Assembly (NCBI GenBank): GCA_016748015.1
Contig: JAAOMT010000236.1
Location: 1 to 64,000, forward strand
Direction: 5' to 3'
Length of the DNA: 64,000 bases
DNA from: Geosiphon pyriformis uo1
Lineage: Eukaryota; Fungi; Glomeromycota
Under the pieces are notes generated by a model. It did not search any database, was not told where the DNA came from, and saw only the letters and a program-made list of their open reading frames with translations. How positions within the stretch are numbered: the stretch's first letter is position 1; each line of letters opens with the position of its first letter. Both the position numbers and the translations under genes were made by a program. Shown here in pieces: positions 26,413 to 39,200 of this stretch.

Positions 26413-27262
26413 TGTTATGGAATAGTTTTCTTGGTATATTTAATTGCCAATATCCCATTTTAATTACAATCAGTCTCTTGTGAGTTCTTTAATTCTATTT
26501 GTGTAATAATGTTACTGTTATACTGAAGGCTTTCTCTTTAATATCACAATATAAGTTATTTCTCAATTCCTGATTGTTGTGTGTGTTTATGTACTCCTTT
26601 TCAGAGGCTGAACTAAAATCTACCCACTGTTTGGGGTCTTCTCTGAGACTATTCTTGCAATTGCCTGATGTGTTTCTCTAATCTAGAAACATAGAATGTT
26701 AATGGCCTTTGGTGCTTTTTCTAATTCTTACAATAAAGCTTTTATCAATTAGTAACAATGTGAATAATCTTGATCAGAGATTATTCTTCCAAGAAATTTA
26801 GCTGATGAATGATAGTTTCATTTAATAAATAATACAAGTAAGTTTTTTACTACTTTGGGGTTGTGATAATTCAGTTTTAAATATTCTTTTTCATTTCTTT
26901 TTGATTTAAAGGTACAATTTTAAAGTGGAGTTTGTTAGATAAATTGGATCTATTGCTTGATAAGTTATGATTTTTATTACTTGATTGACTTTTCTCAATA
27001 TTAAAGCTACTGTATATATACATGTTTGTAGTTCTACAAGAAAACACATTGTAATACTTTCTTTTTGATATTTCAACCTGGTGTTTGCTGCTATCATCAG
27101 TTGGTGTTGGCTGCTATTGTGAACTGGTGCTTGCTATTATCGTAAGATGGTGTTTATTACTATGTTAATTATTATCTTTCTAAGATTATTATTGTGCTAT
27201 ATTATGATTAAATAGTTTATATTATTTTTATAATTTTTTTGCTAAATTATTAAACCATAACA
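26413..27262 (-). repeat. 5' LTR of C (850 bp)
   Basis: Perfect 8-bp inverted termini TGTTATGG...CCATAACA; TATATATA near 27015; 23-bp x4 U3 repeat 27078-27169. Confidence 0.88.
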
Positions 27263-27775
27263 CCATATCCATTGTTTTGTTGAGTAAAATTTCTGGTTGA
27301 TCTTAAAATGCTGTATGTATTTGGTATATAGCTCAAGCTTGTGTAGATTAGTTGTTTTTTCTCACAAAATGTTTTAGTTGTTGTAGTATTGTTGTGTCAA
27401 ATAACTGCTTTGTTTTATCCATATATAAGTTCTGAATATTCACGTGTTGTCCCAAATAAAAATAACAATAGTTTCTTGGAAATTGTTGTATCCACCAATT
27501 CCAAGTTTCTTTAGTCAACTCTTGGTATATTGACTCTTTTGTCAATTTTTTTATTGCCAATTTTATTTTTGCAATGATTTTGTCAATGGTATTTTCTGGT
27601 TTCTTCTGTTTTCTGTGTTGTAATGTCTTTCTAGTATCTTGATATTGAATGATTTGTTGATTGATTGTAATTTTTATTTCTTGGTGTTGGATCAATTGAA
27701 AGAATTGTTGTGCTAGTGAGTGAATGTTGTCTGTAATTTCCATTTTTCTAATATTTCCTATCACGTCTACTATGT
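27263..27775 (-). pseudogene. ORF3 of D (unknown protein after integrase), cut by C
   Basis: 138-codon open stretch 27348-27764, alignable with F 47890-48550 and E 53380-53660. Confidence 0.7.
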
Positions 27776-27797
27776 CTTTATATATTCTTTTAATGAA

Positions 27798-29179
27798 TCA
27801 ATTTAACATGTTGTTGTTAATAATAATGATTGGTTCCAGATTTTGTGGAATCTTATCTGGTTGGACTAGTATTCTCTGTACTTCTAATTGTGAAATATTA
27901 CTGGTGGATGGTGGTGTAGTGTTGTGGTATGGTTTTAGTCAATTTCCATGTGCTGCTTTGGTTAAGATTTTGTTGTTCAGTCTTAATTTGTAAGCTCTAT
28001 TTCCTAGAATTTCTTCTATGTGAAATGGTCTATCCTATTTGGGGTCGAATTTCCACTCCATTGTTTTTTTGCTTTGGTACAATATAAGAGTACTTTGTCT
28101 TCAATCTTGAATTCAACTGGTTTGTCTGGTAGTTGACTATCATGTCTTTCTATCTGTTTTTCTTGTGACTTTTGAATATTATCAGCTGCTCTTCTTCGTT
28201 TGTTTTCCAATGTTTCCATTAAGTCATATGTTTTTCTCAATAATGTTTCTTAAAAATTCTTTTCTGTTATTGGTTCAGCTGGATATGTATTAATTTCTCT
28301 CTTTACTGGTAATGTTGCTGTTCTCCCATACACTAATTCAAATAGTGTTGCTTGTGTAGTATCTTGTTTTATTGTCTGATAAGCAAATAGTACTGATGAT
28401 ATAAACAAATCCCATTCATCTTGGTTTCCTTAGCTGATCTTAGCAATTGCTTTACACAATGTTTTGTTAAATCTTTCAACTAGACTGTTTGTTTGTGGAT
28501 GGTAAGGTGATAATAGTGGTCTCTTAATTCCAAATCTTTGGCTCAATTCTGCCAATGTTCTATTTACAAAATGAGTTCCTTGGTTTGATAATAGTTCTTT
28601 TGAACATTTATGTCAACAAATCAAATCTTGATAAATGAATTCGGCAATGGATTCTGCATCCACTTTTTGAATTGCTTTTGCTTTTGGCCATTTAGTGAGA
28701 TAATCCATGGCTACTGCAATATATCTGTTTCCTCTGCTGGTAATTGTTAATGGTCTGACTAAGTCAATTCCAATGCGATCAAATGGTTGTCTCACTTTGA
28801 TTGGTCTTAACAGTTCACTTGGTCTTGTTCCTCCTCTTCTTTGACAAGCATCACAATTTTGAACATATTGAATGATGTCTGAATACATTGATGGCCAATA
28901 GTATCTTTTTCTGGTTCTTTCTATGGTTGCTTCTTTGTGAAAATGTCCTGCTGTTTGATTTGAGTGCATGTTGTATAAAATTGTCTCTTTTTCTGGCTCT
29001 GTAACTACTCTGATTAGTTGATCTAGATCTTTTTTATTCTTTCGATAAAGTATATTTTGGTAAGTAATAAAGTATTTTGATTGTTGTTTGATACTATTGC
29101 ATTCCAATTGAGATAATTTCTCCTTGAACTATTGAGTATCTATATAATGTTTGAGTTGTTGATATTTTTGTATGTTTAT
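27798..29179 (-). pseudogene. Integrase ORF of D
   Basis: H..TAGH..CDACQR, GIDLV, DYLTKWP, SNQGTHF, YHPQTNSLVERFN; start ATA (decayed ATG) 61 nt after the RNase H stop. Confidence 0.9.
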
Positions 29180-29240
29180 CTTTTGTTATATTTTTGTTGG
29201 GTTTGGTTTGGTTTTGTTATATTTTTGGATTGAAATGTTC

Positions 29241-30500
29241 TTAGATTTGTCTCATTTATGACAAACCGTCAGCATTTCTGTTGTCTTTTTTTTTTCTATA
29301 GTATATAATATAAGTATATAGTGAGAGTGCCATTTTCCATCTTGATTGTCTGTCATCTCCAAATTCTTGTTTTTGGAGTGATGTCAATCCCTTGTGATCT
29401 GTATACACCTCAAATTTCTGGCTCAAGTATTTTTTCCATTTCATGACTGCCCAATAAATTGCTAAATGTTTTAATTCTGGTGTTCTATAATTTTTTTCAG
29501 CTGGTGTTAACCCTTGACTGGCATATGCAACTGAATGTTCTCTTTCATCTGATCCTCTCTGAGATAGTATTGCTCCCAATGCTTGACCTGATGCATCAGT
29601 AGTAATGATAAATAGTTTGCTGTGATCTGGATAGATCAATACTGGAGCTTGGATGAGCTTTCTTCTTAAAATGTCAAAAGCTTCTTGCTGGGTTTCAGTC
29701 CATTCATATTTTACATTCTTGGTTTGAAGATGATTGAGTGGTTGAGCTATTTTAGAAAAATCTTTGATGAAACGACAATAATAGCTTGTGAATTCCAAGA
29801 ATGATTTTAGTTTCATCACATTGGTGGGTACTGGAAAGTTCTTTACTATTTCTATCTTTTCTGGATCTGTTTTTATGCTGTCTTTGCTGACTATATGTCC
29901 CAAGAATTTCAATTCTGTTTTTCCGAAAAAGCATTTTGTGGTATTTAACTTTAGTCCTGCTTGCTGGAGTCTTTCAAATACTTGTTGTAGATGATGGAAA
30001 TAATCATCAAACGTTCTTGAAAATACATTGGTGTTGTCTAAGTATACGACTACTGATTTCCACAATAAGCTGATGTAAACAATTTTTATAAGCCATTAAA
30101 AGGTGGCTGGGATGTTGGTTAAGCCAAATGGCATCATTTCAAATTTAAAATTCCCTTTTTTTGTTATAAAAGCTGTTTTTTCTTTGTTCGCTGGATCTAT
30201 GGCTACTTGTCAGTAACCACTGTCTAGATCCAGTATTGAGAACTATTTGTTTCCACTAAAAGCATCGAATAACTCTTGAATTAGCCCATTGTCAAGCATT
30301 TAATTGATTTCTTGACAGATAATCTTATGGGCTGGTGGTACTCTGTATGCTCTTTGTTAAATTGGCATTGCATCTCCAGTCTTGATTTGGTGTTGGATGA
30401 TGTCAGTGTGGCCAAATTCATTTTTGCTGGCAAACATGTTGTTAAAATTGCTAAGCAACATCTTGAGCTGCATACGTTGAAGTGGGTCTAAGTTTCCCAT
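29241..30500 (-). pseudogene. pol: RT-RNase H of D
   Basis: LDLDSGY, YLDNT, TTDASG, AYAS..AEKNY, YTDHK, NADGLS; stop after MRQI. Confidence 0.93.
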
Positions 30501-30939
30501 GTTCATTTGTTCCAATTGTTCTGGTTAGAGCAAATAACATTTATTTCGTCTGTATATGGTTTGTGAAGTATTGTCAACATATTTGCACAGCTGTGGAAAG
30601 TTTGGTACACTGTTTGGTGGCTGGTCTTTTATTTCTGTGGTCAAATATCTGATAGTGGTTCCTTCTGGTATCTCTACAACATTTCCTGTATTGTTGTAAA
30701 TGGGAATTTTAATCTGATTATGGTTTTTGGCTGGTATGTGGAGATTAATGAGTCCAATCTCTTTTGATTCACAAAGGCTTGCTTTTGCTTCAAAAATCTG
30801 TGCTTGATTTTTTACCTTCCTTTCTATCGCTATCATGTATTAGTCATATGGTGGAATAGAAATTGCTTGACCAATTGAGATAAATTCTTCTTGGCCAATA
30901 GTTTTTTCTTCTATCATATTAACCAGTATATCTATTCTA

Positions 30940-31340
30940 CCTGTGGATCTAAATCTCTGGATTCCTCTTGCTGTTATTCCTAATTCCTCTTTATTTCTTA
31001 CTGACACTAACTGAGCTATCTTAACCAAAGGTAAGAATATTGCCTGTGTTATTTTTTTGTTTGGCTCTATAATATAGGCCTTTTCTAAGTCATTTTGTAG
31101 CATTGCCATAATATTTTCCACATATCCAGCATTAATTATTCCTCCTCTGATATTTATCACTTTTTTCACTAAACTACTCCTAAATGCTAGTTGAACCATG
31201 GTTGTTGCTAGAATTTCCAGTGCTATTTTGAGATCAATGCAGGTGCACAAATGTGGTTCCAATTTTATGGCATTTTTTCTTAGATACCTCAGATCAAATC
31301 TAGCATCAGTATCATGTGCACATTCTGGCATAATACCTTC
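30940..31340 (-). pseudogene. dut: dUTPase domain of D
   Basis: DARFDL, RSSL, GGIINAGY, KITQAI, RGIQRFRSTG. Confidence 0.9.
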
Positions 31341-34300
31341 ATCATTGTCACTGTATCATTTCAACTCTTGTTCTTTTGAGAGATCTGGTAAGGCAATATA
31401 TTGTTCATAATTGGAATTAGAGTCTAAATCTGAGTTAATTTTGTTGCCATATTGAACTGAACTGGAACCATTGTTGTTGTCATTATTGGAGTTTGAATTA
31501 GGATTGAAAATTGATTTCAATTCTGATGTGCAGTTGCTGATTGGTTTGTTTTCTTCTAGAATCGTGTAGATTATGCATAGTGGTGGATTGTAAATAAGAT
31601 CACACTCATTACAATACTGGAAGTCACATGGAATCAAACAGTAGTTACATAGTCAAGTGTTTAGCTGTGCTAAATACTCTTCCTGTTTTTCTCTTGTGGG
31701 TACCAGATTTTGGTAATGCTCGTAAAAGTTTTCTGGATTGGTTTCAATGTTGAGGAAAGCATCTGAGTTGGGGATCAGAATGATGTCAACCTGTTTAGGC
31801 AGGTTGTTTTTAATTTCCAAGATTTTGCTGGACATGGCTCTTTCTACTTTGGCATTAGCCATTCACCAGATTTTGTCTTTGTTGTGTGGATAACTTTCTA
31901 AGCGAAAGATCACTCAGTGCCAGACGGCTGTTATTGGCATGTTACGACTTACCCAATCGCTGATGAGGATCGTGTATTGGCATGAAGTGTCACACATTCC
32001 TCCCCAATTAGGAATGTCATTCCACATTTCTTCATCGAGTAACTGTTTGCCACAAGTGAAACATGGTTTGTTGTCCCACTTGCTTTGTTATTTTGGATGG
32101 CCATAGTATTCTCTATCACATGGCTTGCAATAATAGTGGGTTTTCGTCCAGTAGTCTTCATCAAGTGCGATCCATGCTCCCATGGAAGAGAGTTTCTTCT
32201 TATAGTTCTGACATTTTAAGGGGATGTAAGGTGGCTTTTTCACTGGCTCACGTGAGTATTTTCTTTTCCAATCACTGGTTATTTTCTTGGTGACTTTGTC
32301 AGTTTCTTTAGGTAAGTCTTCTTCTTTTCCTTTTTCTTTTTCTTCTCAGCTTGTTGGTGTTGATTTGTTTTTGTCATCATTGTTCTAGGCATCGATGATG
32401 GTCTCCCAGGTATGTTCTTCTGTTTTTTTTCTTTTTCTCTTTACATTGTTCTTTTTTTTCCAGTCTAGAATTGGCAATAGCTTGTTGTGCTCGATGTCAG
32501 CCCATGATACTTGGTATGTCTCCCAAGTAGGCTTTAGTTTTTCCTCCTCAAAATTGATAAGCGGTGCTAATGACATGACGTTGTTAGGTTTGAAATGGTC
32601 ACATGTTGCCGGTATTTACATGTGTTGGCCATTTTGGCTGAGTTGAAGTTTCTGAGTAGTCCAATCTAATATTGCATTGGTTTTAGATAACCAGTCATTG
32701 CTCACTAATGCCTAATATTGTATTGCTTCTATTACCAAAACTTTGATGAGAATGATAATACCATTGACTTCAAATGGAAAGTTGTCAATCTCACCAATAG
32801 GAGTTTTGGTGGCTCCATTGGCTGTTATAATTCTTGTACTGGCAGCTCAATCAACTCGATGACCTAATTAATCTATGAGCTGCCCTGTAATGATACTGCT
32901 TGCTGAACTACTGTCGAGGATTAGTTTAATGGGGTGACCATCAACTTTCGCATCAGTATACATGACTGTAATAGGCTTCTCTTCCAATACAGCTTCACTA
33001 AATAATGGTGTGGCTGAGGGTTTCTCGAATTCAAAAGGAAAGATGGCATTCAAAGCTTCATTTTCAGTGATCATTGCTGGAAGAATATTGGTGAGTGTTG
33101 TTTGCTGATTGGATTCTGGTTTGTTGGAGATGGTGTTTTCTGGGGTGACCAGAAGACTTAAATAGTTCTGAGAATTCGGGTTTTGGGTGGAACTGGTACC
33201 TGAATTCCGAGAGCATGATCCAGCTGGTTGATGAGAAGAGTTGGAGATCAGTTGGTAAACAATCATCGCTGATCTCTAGTTTTGAGTGATTCTAGGTCTT
33301 GGGTTTCCTGATGTCATAGTAGCTGAGTTTTGGGGTGGTGTTTGAATTTGTTGGGGTTGATAGATCACTTAAGACAGTGGCTAATAGATTATTTGTGGCT
33401 GCGGTGAATAAATTGTTGGATTTTGATAAACTGGATGTTGATATACTGGTGGTTAATAGATTGATTGCTGTGTTATTGGTAGGTAAGTAGTTTGATATTG
33501 TGCTGAGTTTGATTGATGATTCGGAGTTGAAAAACCGGTAATTGGGGTTTTGATATTAATTTCCTGATTGTTGGTTATTTAAATATTGGCAGCAGTCGAT
33601 TTGGATATGTCTTTGTTTACCACAATAGTGGCAGATACACGTTTCCTGTTACCACTGTTGATTGGTCAATAAAGATAGACATGGTTGATTTTGGGCACAA
33701 TTAGAGTTTTCTTAATTATTGCATTGTTGTGGAGACTAATAAATGACGTAATTGTCAGTTAAGTATCCTTCCAATTTCTTATTAATTGATTCACTGAACT
33801 TCTCTAATTTGGAATCTAATTCAGATGATCCGTTTATCACTAAATTAACAGCTTGGGTGTGGTTGGCCTCTGACTTAGCAGATTCAAAATCTCTGGCACA
33901 TGTAACTGCGTCTTGAAGTGTACCTGAATGTAACAGACATACATGTTGCAAGATGCTACTGTGCAGACCACAGATAAACTGGTTGAGAATCTGTAGTGCT
34001 GTAAAATAGTTGGTGTTAATTGCTTGAATTTGGCACAGATTTCAATAGAAGCATTTCAGGTAAGTGGTGACTGCTTCAGTTTCTTCTTGTTTCATGGTGG
34101 TGAACATATTGACTAAGCAATTGATGCTGTTATTGTTGCTGAAGTATTTTAGGAATTCCACTTTAAAGGCATTGAAATCTTGTAGTTTATTATTCAAGCT
34201 CTGATATCATGAATTGGTAGTATCCTTGAAAAAGTAGAGAATGGCTTGTATTGCTCAGGCATCATTCCATCTGTTGGCTGCAATGGCCTTTTCTACATCA

Positions 34301-35401
34301 TTTAACCATACTTAAGCATCATCTTCTTCGCCAGTAAAGTTGTCAAGTTTTGCGATTGGTGCATAGGCCATTGGATCTAAGTTGGGTTATTGTGATGGCT
34401 GTTGAAGCAGTGGTTGTTGAAGTAGTAGTTAAAGTGGCTGCTGTATGGGTTTGGCTATTGGATTAATTGGTGATTGATTAATGACAATTATCAGAGGTAA
34501 GTTTTGCTGATTAATTAATTTGGGGTTTGGATTGTTTTGTCTTTGATGATTCGGAGTTTCGATTTCCAAATTTTCTAGATTTAGATTTTGCTGAGTTTGA
34601 AGATTTGGGGTTTCAACTTCTGGGTTTTCAGTGATTGGGTTCTGGTAAGTAAATTTTTGTTCCTCAGATTCTTCTTCTTTCTCTTTTTCTGATTCCGTCA
34701 CTTCCCACAGATCAGAAATTCTGAAATCTGGTGACAGTGGTGGTGATCAGAGGCCTGATAGAATTAGTGATTGCAAGTTAAATCCTTCAAAGTATTTGCT
34801 GTATGGTTCTAGTAAGTCTGTTTTTCTTTGTTTACTTTGAAATAGAAATCTTTCAAATGTTGATGTCACGTTTGATGTGAATGTGCCTGTAAATGTAATA
34901 TTAATGGTACTTCCAGGTGTATAGTAGTATGATGGATTAGTTGGAAATTCAACTCTTGTTTTCTTCCAAGTGGGTGGTTGTATCCTTTTAGGTGTTACTG
35001 CTGGTATTTGTAGTTTTCTTTTGCCTTTATTAGCATATGTAATTGGATATCTTTGCTGTGTGTGATGCTCAATTCTTTGTTGATATCAGTAATAATGGAG
35101 GCAAAATTGTGATTTGTTGGCAGGTTGGTATTTTGAATTAATTCACTGTAAAAGGCTGCTCTTGCCAATTCAGTATTTACTGATGTTTCCAACAGATAGG
35201 CAATTTTTTCGTTGACATAGAAGTTGAAGGCTGATTCGGCAGATATATGATTGTGGTTTAATCCCAAGTGTTGACAATAGTGTTGAAATAAAGATTTTGC
35301 AAATTCTAGATGGTTTGCTCCTATGTTTTCTGATTCTGCCACTTTTAGATTTGTGTTGGTGCTGGTTTTCTGTAGAATTATACTTCACAGAGAGCACTAA
35401 A

Positions 35402-36264
35402 TGTTACAAATAATTATTTGGGATCTCAAGTCAAATAACAAACCTGTAACTTGGTGCTCAAAAGCTACTCATGTTGTTAATAATAGTTTTAAGTAGTTGG
35501 TATCTGAAGGTTTTTCCAAATGAGTCTTTTGTATAATAGACAGAGATTTTTTGTTAATAGTATTCGCAGTTTTTTTGTAAGTTGTTTCCCAATTTCTTTC
35601 TTAGCTTGATGGCTGGATTTATTTTGGCAGTCATGTCCTTCTGGTAAGTTATCCGATAATATATATAATCTTACCCTTATTTCTGGGTTTTTTACCAGAC
35701 TATTGTGACATCAATAACTCAGTGCTTTTAATCTTCAATAAATTAGTATACAATAACAAAATCAAAGAAGAAAATAAAAAAAATAAAGAAATGTAAAAAA
35801 TTAAGCCAAGGCAAATTGCAAATTAGTATCCTGTTAATAGCCGTGATCAATAGTTATTGTTCCAGTGTAGTTAAGTATCAATTACTATCAACATGAAGAG
35901 TTGATAGTGGAAATGGGTTTGAGATAATAAATAGTTATTTATTGTGGCTTAAAAAGTTGTTTAGATCAAATCTAAATTGAGAGGTCTGTATTTTCAGCTT
36001 CTAATACTACTGCTATATATACATAATTGAGATTTTTCAATTTCTCAATTCTTCACAACAGGAGTCCTGGAATTTCTGAAATCCTGCGATTCCTTTGAGA
36101 AGAATCCTGGAATTCTGCAATTTTGCAATTTCTTGTGTAAGAATCCTGTAATTCTTAGAATTTTGCAATTCCTGAAAGAAATCCTGGAATTCCACATTTA
36201 CTATGTCTACTTCTGATTGGCTAATAATTATGCTAATATATTTTCTATATTTCTATGAATAATA
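35402..36264 (-). repeat. 5' LTR of D (family 2)
   Basis: TATTATTCATAG (decayed TGTTACTC)...TGTAACA; AGCCAATCAG, 8-9 bp AATTCC(T)GG/AATTCTGC-type repeats, TATATATAG. Confidence 0.9.
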
Positions 36265-39200
36265 CTGGTTATTTTATAGTATTACAGATTTTAAATTAAT
36301 TTATTTATGAATTAAGTAGCAGTTTGTTACAATAAGTACATTCAATACACCCAAATATTCTCTAAAATATAGTTACATATGTCTGAGATTTTGAATTGGT
36401 CAAACTTAAAGCCAATTACATTCAAGCCATAAATTTAATAATAAACAAATCATCTGAATTAGATTCTAAGCTGAAACAATTCAGTAACTTTATTAATCAG
36501 AAATTTGAAAAATACTTAGTTAAAAATCAAGCAATTTATTAGTCTTCTTAATATTATGACAATTCAGGAAACTCCAATCACTTCTAAAATTCATCATATC
36601 TATTATTGTTATTATTAAATTAACTGTAACAACAAAAAATACATAATTGTTATTATTGTAATAAACAAAGCTATTTAAAAGCAGATTGTCACTTCAAATT
36701 TAATAACCAATAATTAGAAAATCAATATTAAAACTCTGATTGCAAGTTTAAAACCCAGAATTATATCAACAATTTATTATTGGAATTATATTTATATTAA
36801 TTATATTACTCCCAAATAATACAACAATTTATATATATACTTCCAGTTTATCAAATTTCAGTACTGATAATCTATTAATCATAATCATAAGTAATATATT
36901 AATCTCAATCAATTTAAATACTGCCACAAAACTTAGCTTAAATAACAACTGAAAATCAAAAACTGAAAATTATATACACATAACAAAACTAAAAATTAGC
37001 AATGATTATGCACCAACCAATTTCTAGTTTCATAAATTAAGCATTAAAATTATGTTTAAAAAATTTAGGAAGTAAGTACATCTAAAACTCGAATTCCCAA
37101 AACTATTTAAATCTCTTAGTTATCCCAAAAAACACTCAATTTAACAAATCAGAACAGCTAAAACAACCATTTTTCAATAATATTCTACTAACAATAGTTA
37201 TTGAAAACAAGTTACTTGCAGCTATCTTTTTTTTTAAATTAGAAAAATACTTAATAATATCTTTTTTTAGTAGAACTATTCTTAATACTAAACTGATTAC
37301 TGCTATATATATGAATACTAAAGTTAATAACCAATTTATCAAGCTAATTCTTGATAGTAAATCAATAAACAGTATTTTTACACAACAACTTATAGACCAA
37401 TTAGGTTGCTGAGTTGATCAAACTGCCAGTGCTAAAATCATTACAGCTAATAGAATAACAAAAACTTTTATTGATAAAATTGATGACTTTTTATTTAAAG
37501 TCAAAGATATCATTGTATTAATCAAAGTTTTAGTCATGAAAATCACACAATATCAAGCTTTTATTGGTAATAACTGGCTGTTCAAGACTAATACAATACT
37601 TAACTGAACTACACAAAAGCTACAGCTTAGTCAAAATAGTTAGCATACTTAAATACTAGTTATCTGTGGTCATTTCAAAACAACCCAATTACAGCCATTG
37701 ATTGAATTTAAGAAAGAAATAAACAAATTATTTGAAAAGTCTGTTAAGTTTCATGGGCCAAAAAAGAGCACAATAAACTGTCACCAATACTCTTTTGGAA
37801 CAACAAAAGAAAAAAAAGAAAAAAGAAGAAAAAAAACTCTCAAAACACTACTATTACTAAAAAAACAGCCCAACAGTTGGTATGTACTTTACTCATCAAA
37901 ACAAAAGAAAAAACCATCTTATATTTATCTTAGATATATTGATTATAAAAAAAACTTTTTTTCATGTAAGCTTAAATTTTACCAAAAGAAAACTACTAAA
38001 CACATATTTACTATTATTATAAACTATATTACAGAAAATCTTTTGGGTATTCAAAATGACAAGGAAAGTAGGACAACAAATTATGTTTTACTTGTGAAAA
38101 AACATTATTTAACAAAAAAATATGGAATAATATTTCTAATTAAGAAGAAATGTACAATACTTTGTATCAATATACAATTTCCATAAATAATAAATAAGCT
38201 AAAAAATGTCTTTTAATGCTATATAGAACTAAGTACTCTTGTATTTGGATTGTTATTCACATAACAAAAACAAAATCTAGAAAATAACAAATACCAAAGT
38301 CAAAGATATTTTATTTAATAAAATATTGATAATTAAAAACAATCTACCAGAATCTATTAATACTATTCTTATTCTGAACTCAGACATTTTTTTTAACATT
38401 CTAAGTAATCCAGAACAATTTTACAAACATTACCAAGATCTAACACCTATTCAAAATAAGCAAAAGCAGTATTTAGAACAATTAAATACTAGACTTTGTA
38501 AATATTGTCTAATTTTTAGTTGACTTTAAATATTGTAATAATTGTAATTTTATTTACAATTCACTTTTATACATGATTTATTTAATTTTTAAAGAAGAAA
38601 AACCAATTAACAAGTGTGTTTTAGAATCAAAATTAAAATTTAATTATAATTTAGTCTTTAACAATAATAATAATAACAATTTTAATATTATTTATTATAA
38701 TAATGACAACAATAATAATTTAAACTTTGACAAAAATCTCAAACAATATATTGTGCTTTCAAGAACAGAAATTCAAATGGTTCAGTAATAATAATAAGAA
38801 TATTATGCCAAAATGTGCACATAATACTAATATAGAATTTAATTTTAGATATTTAAAAAAAACTGTTATCTGATTGGAATTTTATTTGTACACTAGTATA
38901 GATCTAAAAATAGCACTGAAAATTTTAATAGCAACAATAATCCAATTAATTTTTAGATCTAGTTTAGTAAAAAAAGAAATTAATATTAGAAAAAAATAAT
39001 TGATGTAAGATATATAAAAAATATTATTACGATGCTACAAAATAACTTGGAAAAAAGATATATTATTAAACCAAATAAAAAAATAGCACAGGCAATATTT
39101 TTGTTTTTGGTTAAAATAGTTCAATTAGTATTAGTAAAAATGAGAAAAGAATTAGGAATTATGGCAAAAGAGAAATAAATGAATTTGAATAAACAAGTAA

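Larger units (their letters stand above)
20872..27262 (-). mobile_element. Ty3/Gypsy element C (LTR family 3), 3'-truncated within RNase H; inserted in ORF3 of D
   Basis: LTR 26413-27262, PBS, N-domain from GTG 26330, Gag, CHFCKCIGH knuckle, PR LILDNGSTGS, Cys-rich domain, dUTPase about 22450-22850, RT 21087-21854. Confidence 0.93.
27263..36264 (-). mobile_element. Ty3/Gypsy element D (LTR family 2), 3' end lost; inserted antisense in Gag of E
   Basis: LTR 35402-36264, PBS TAGTGCTCTC, GTG 35342, Gag, CHYCGKQRHIQIDC, PR, Cys-rich domain, dUTPase 30940-31340, RT/RNase H, IN, ORF3. Confidence 0.94.

Noticed and set aside
26510-26520. TGTTAC as the end of LTR C, implying self-priming
   Set aside because: A better boundary at 26413 gives perfect inverted termini and a TGG PBS
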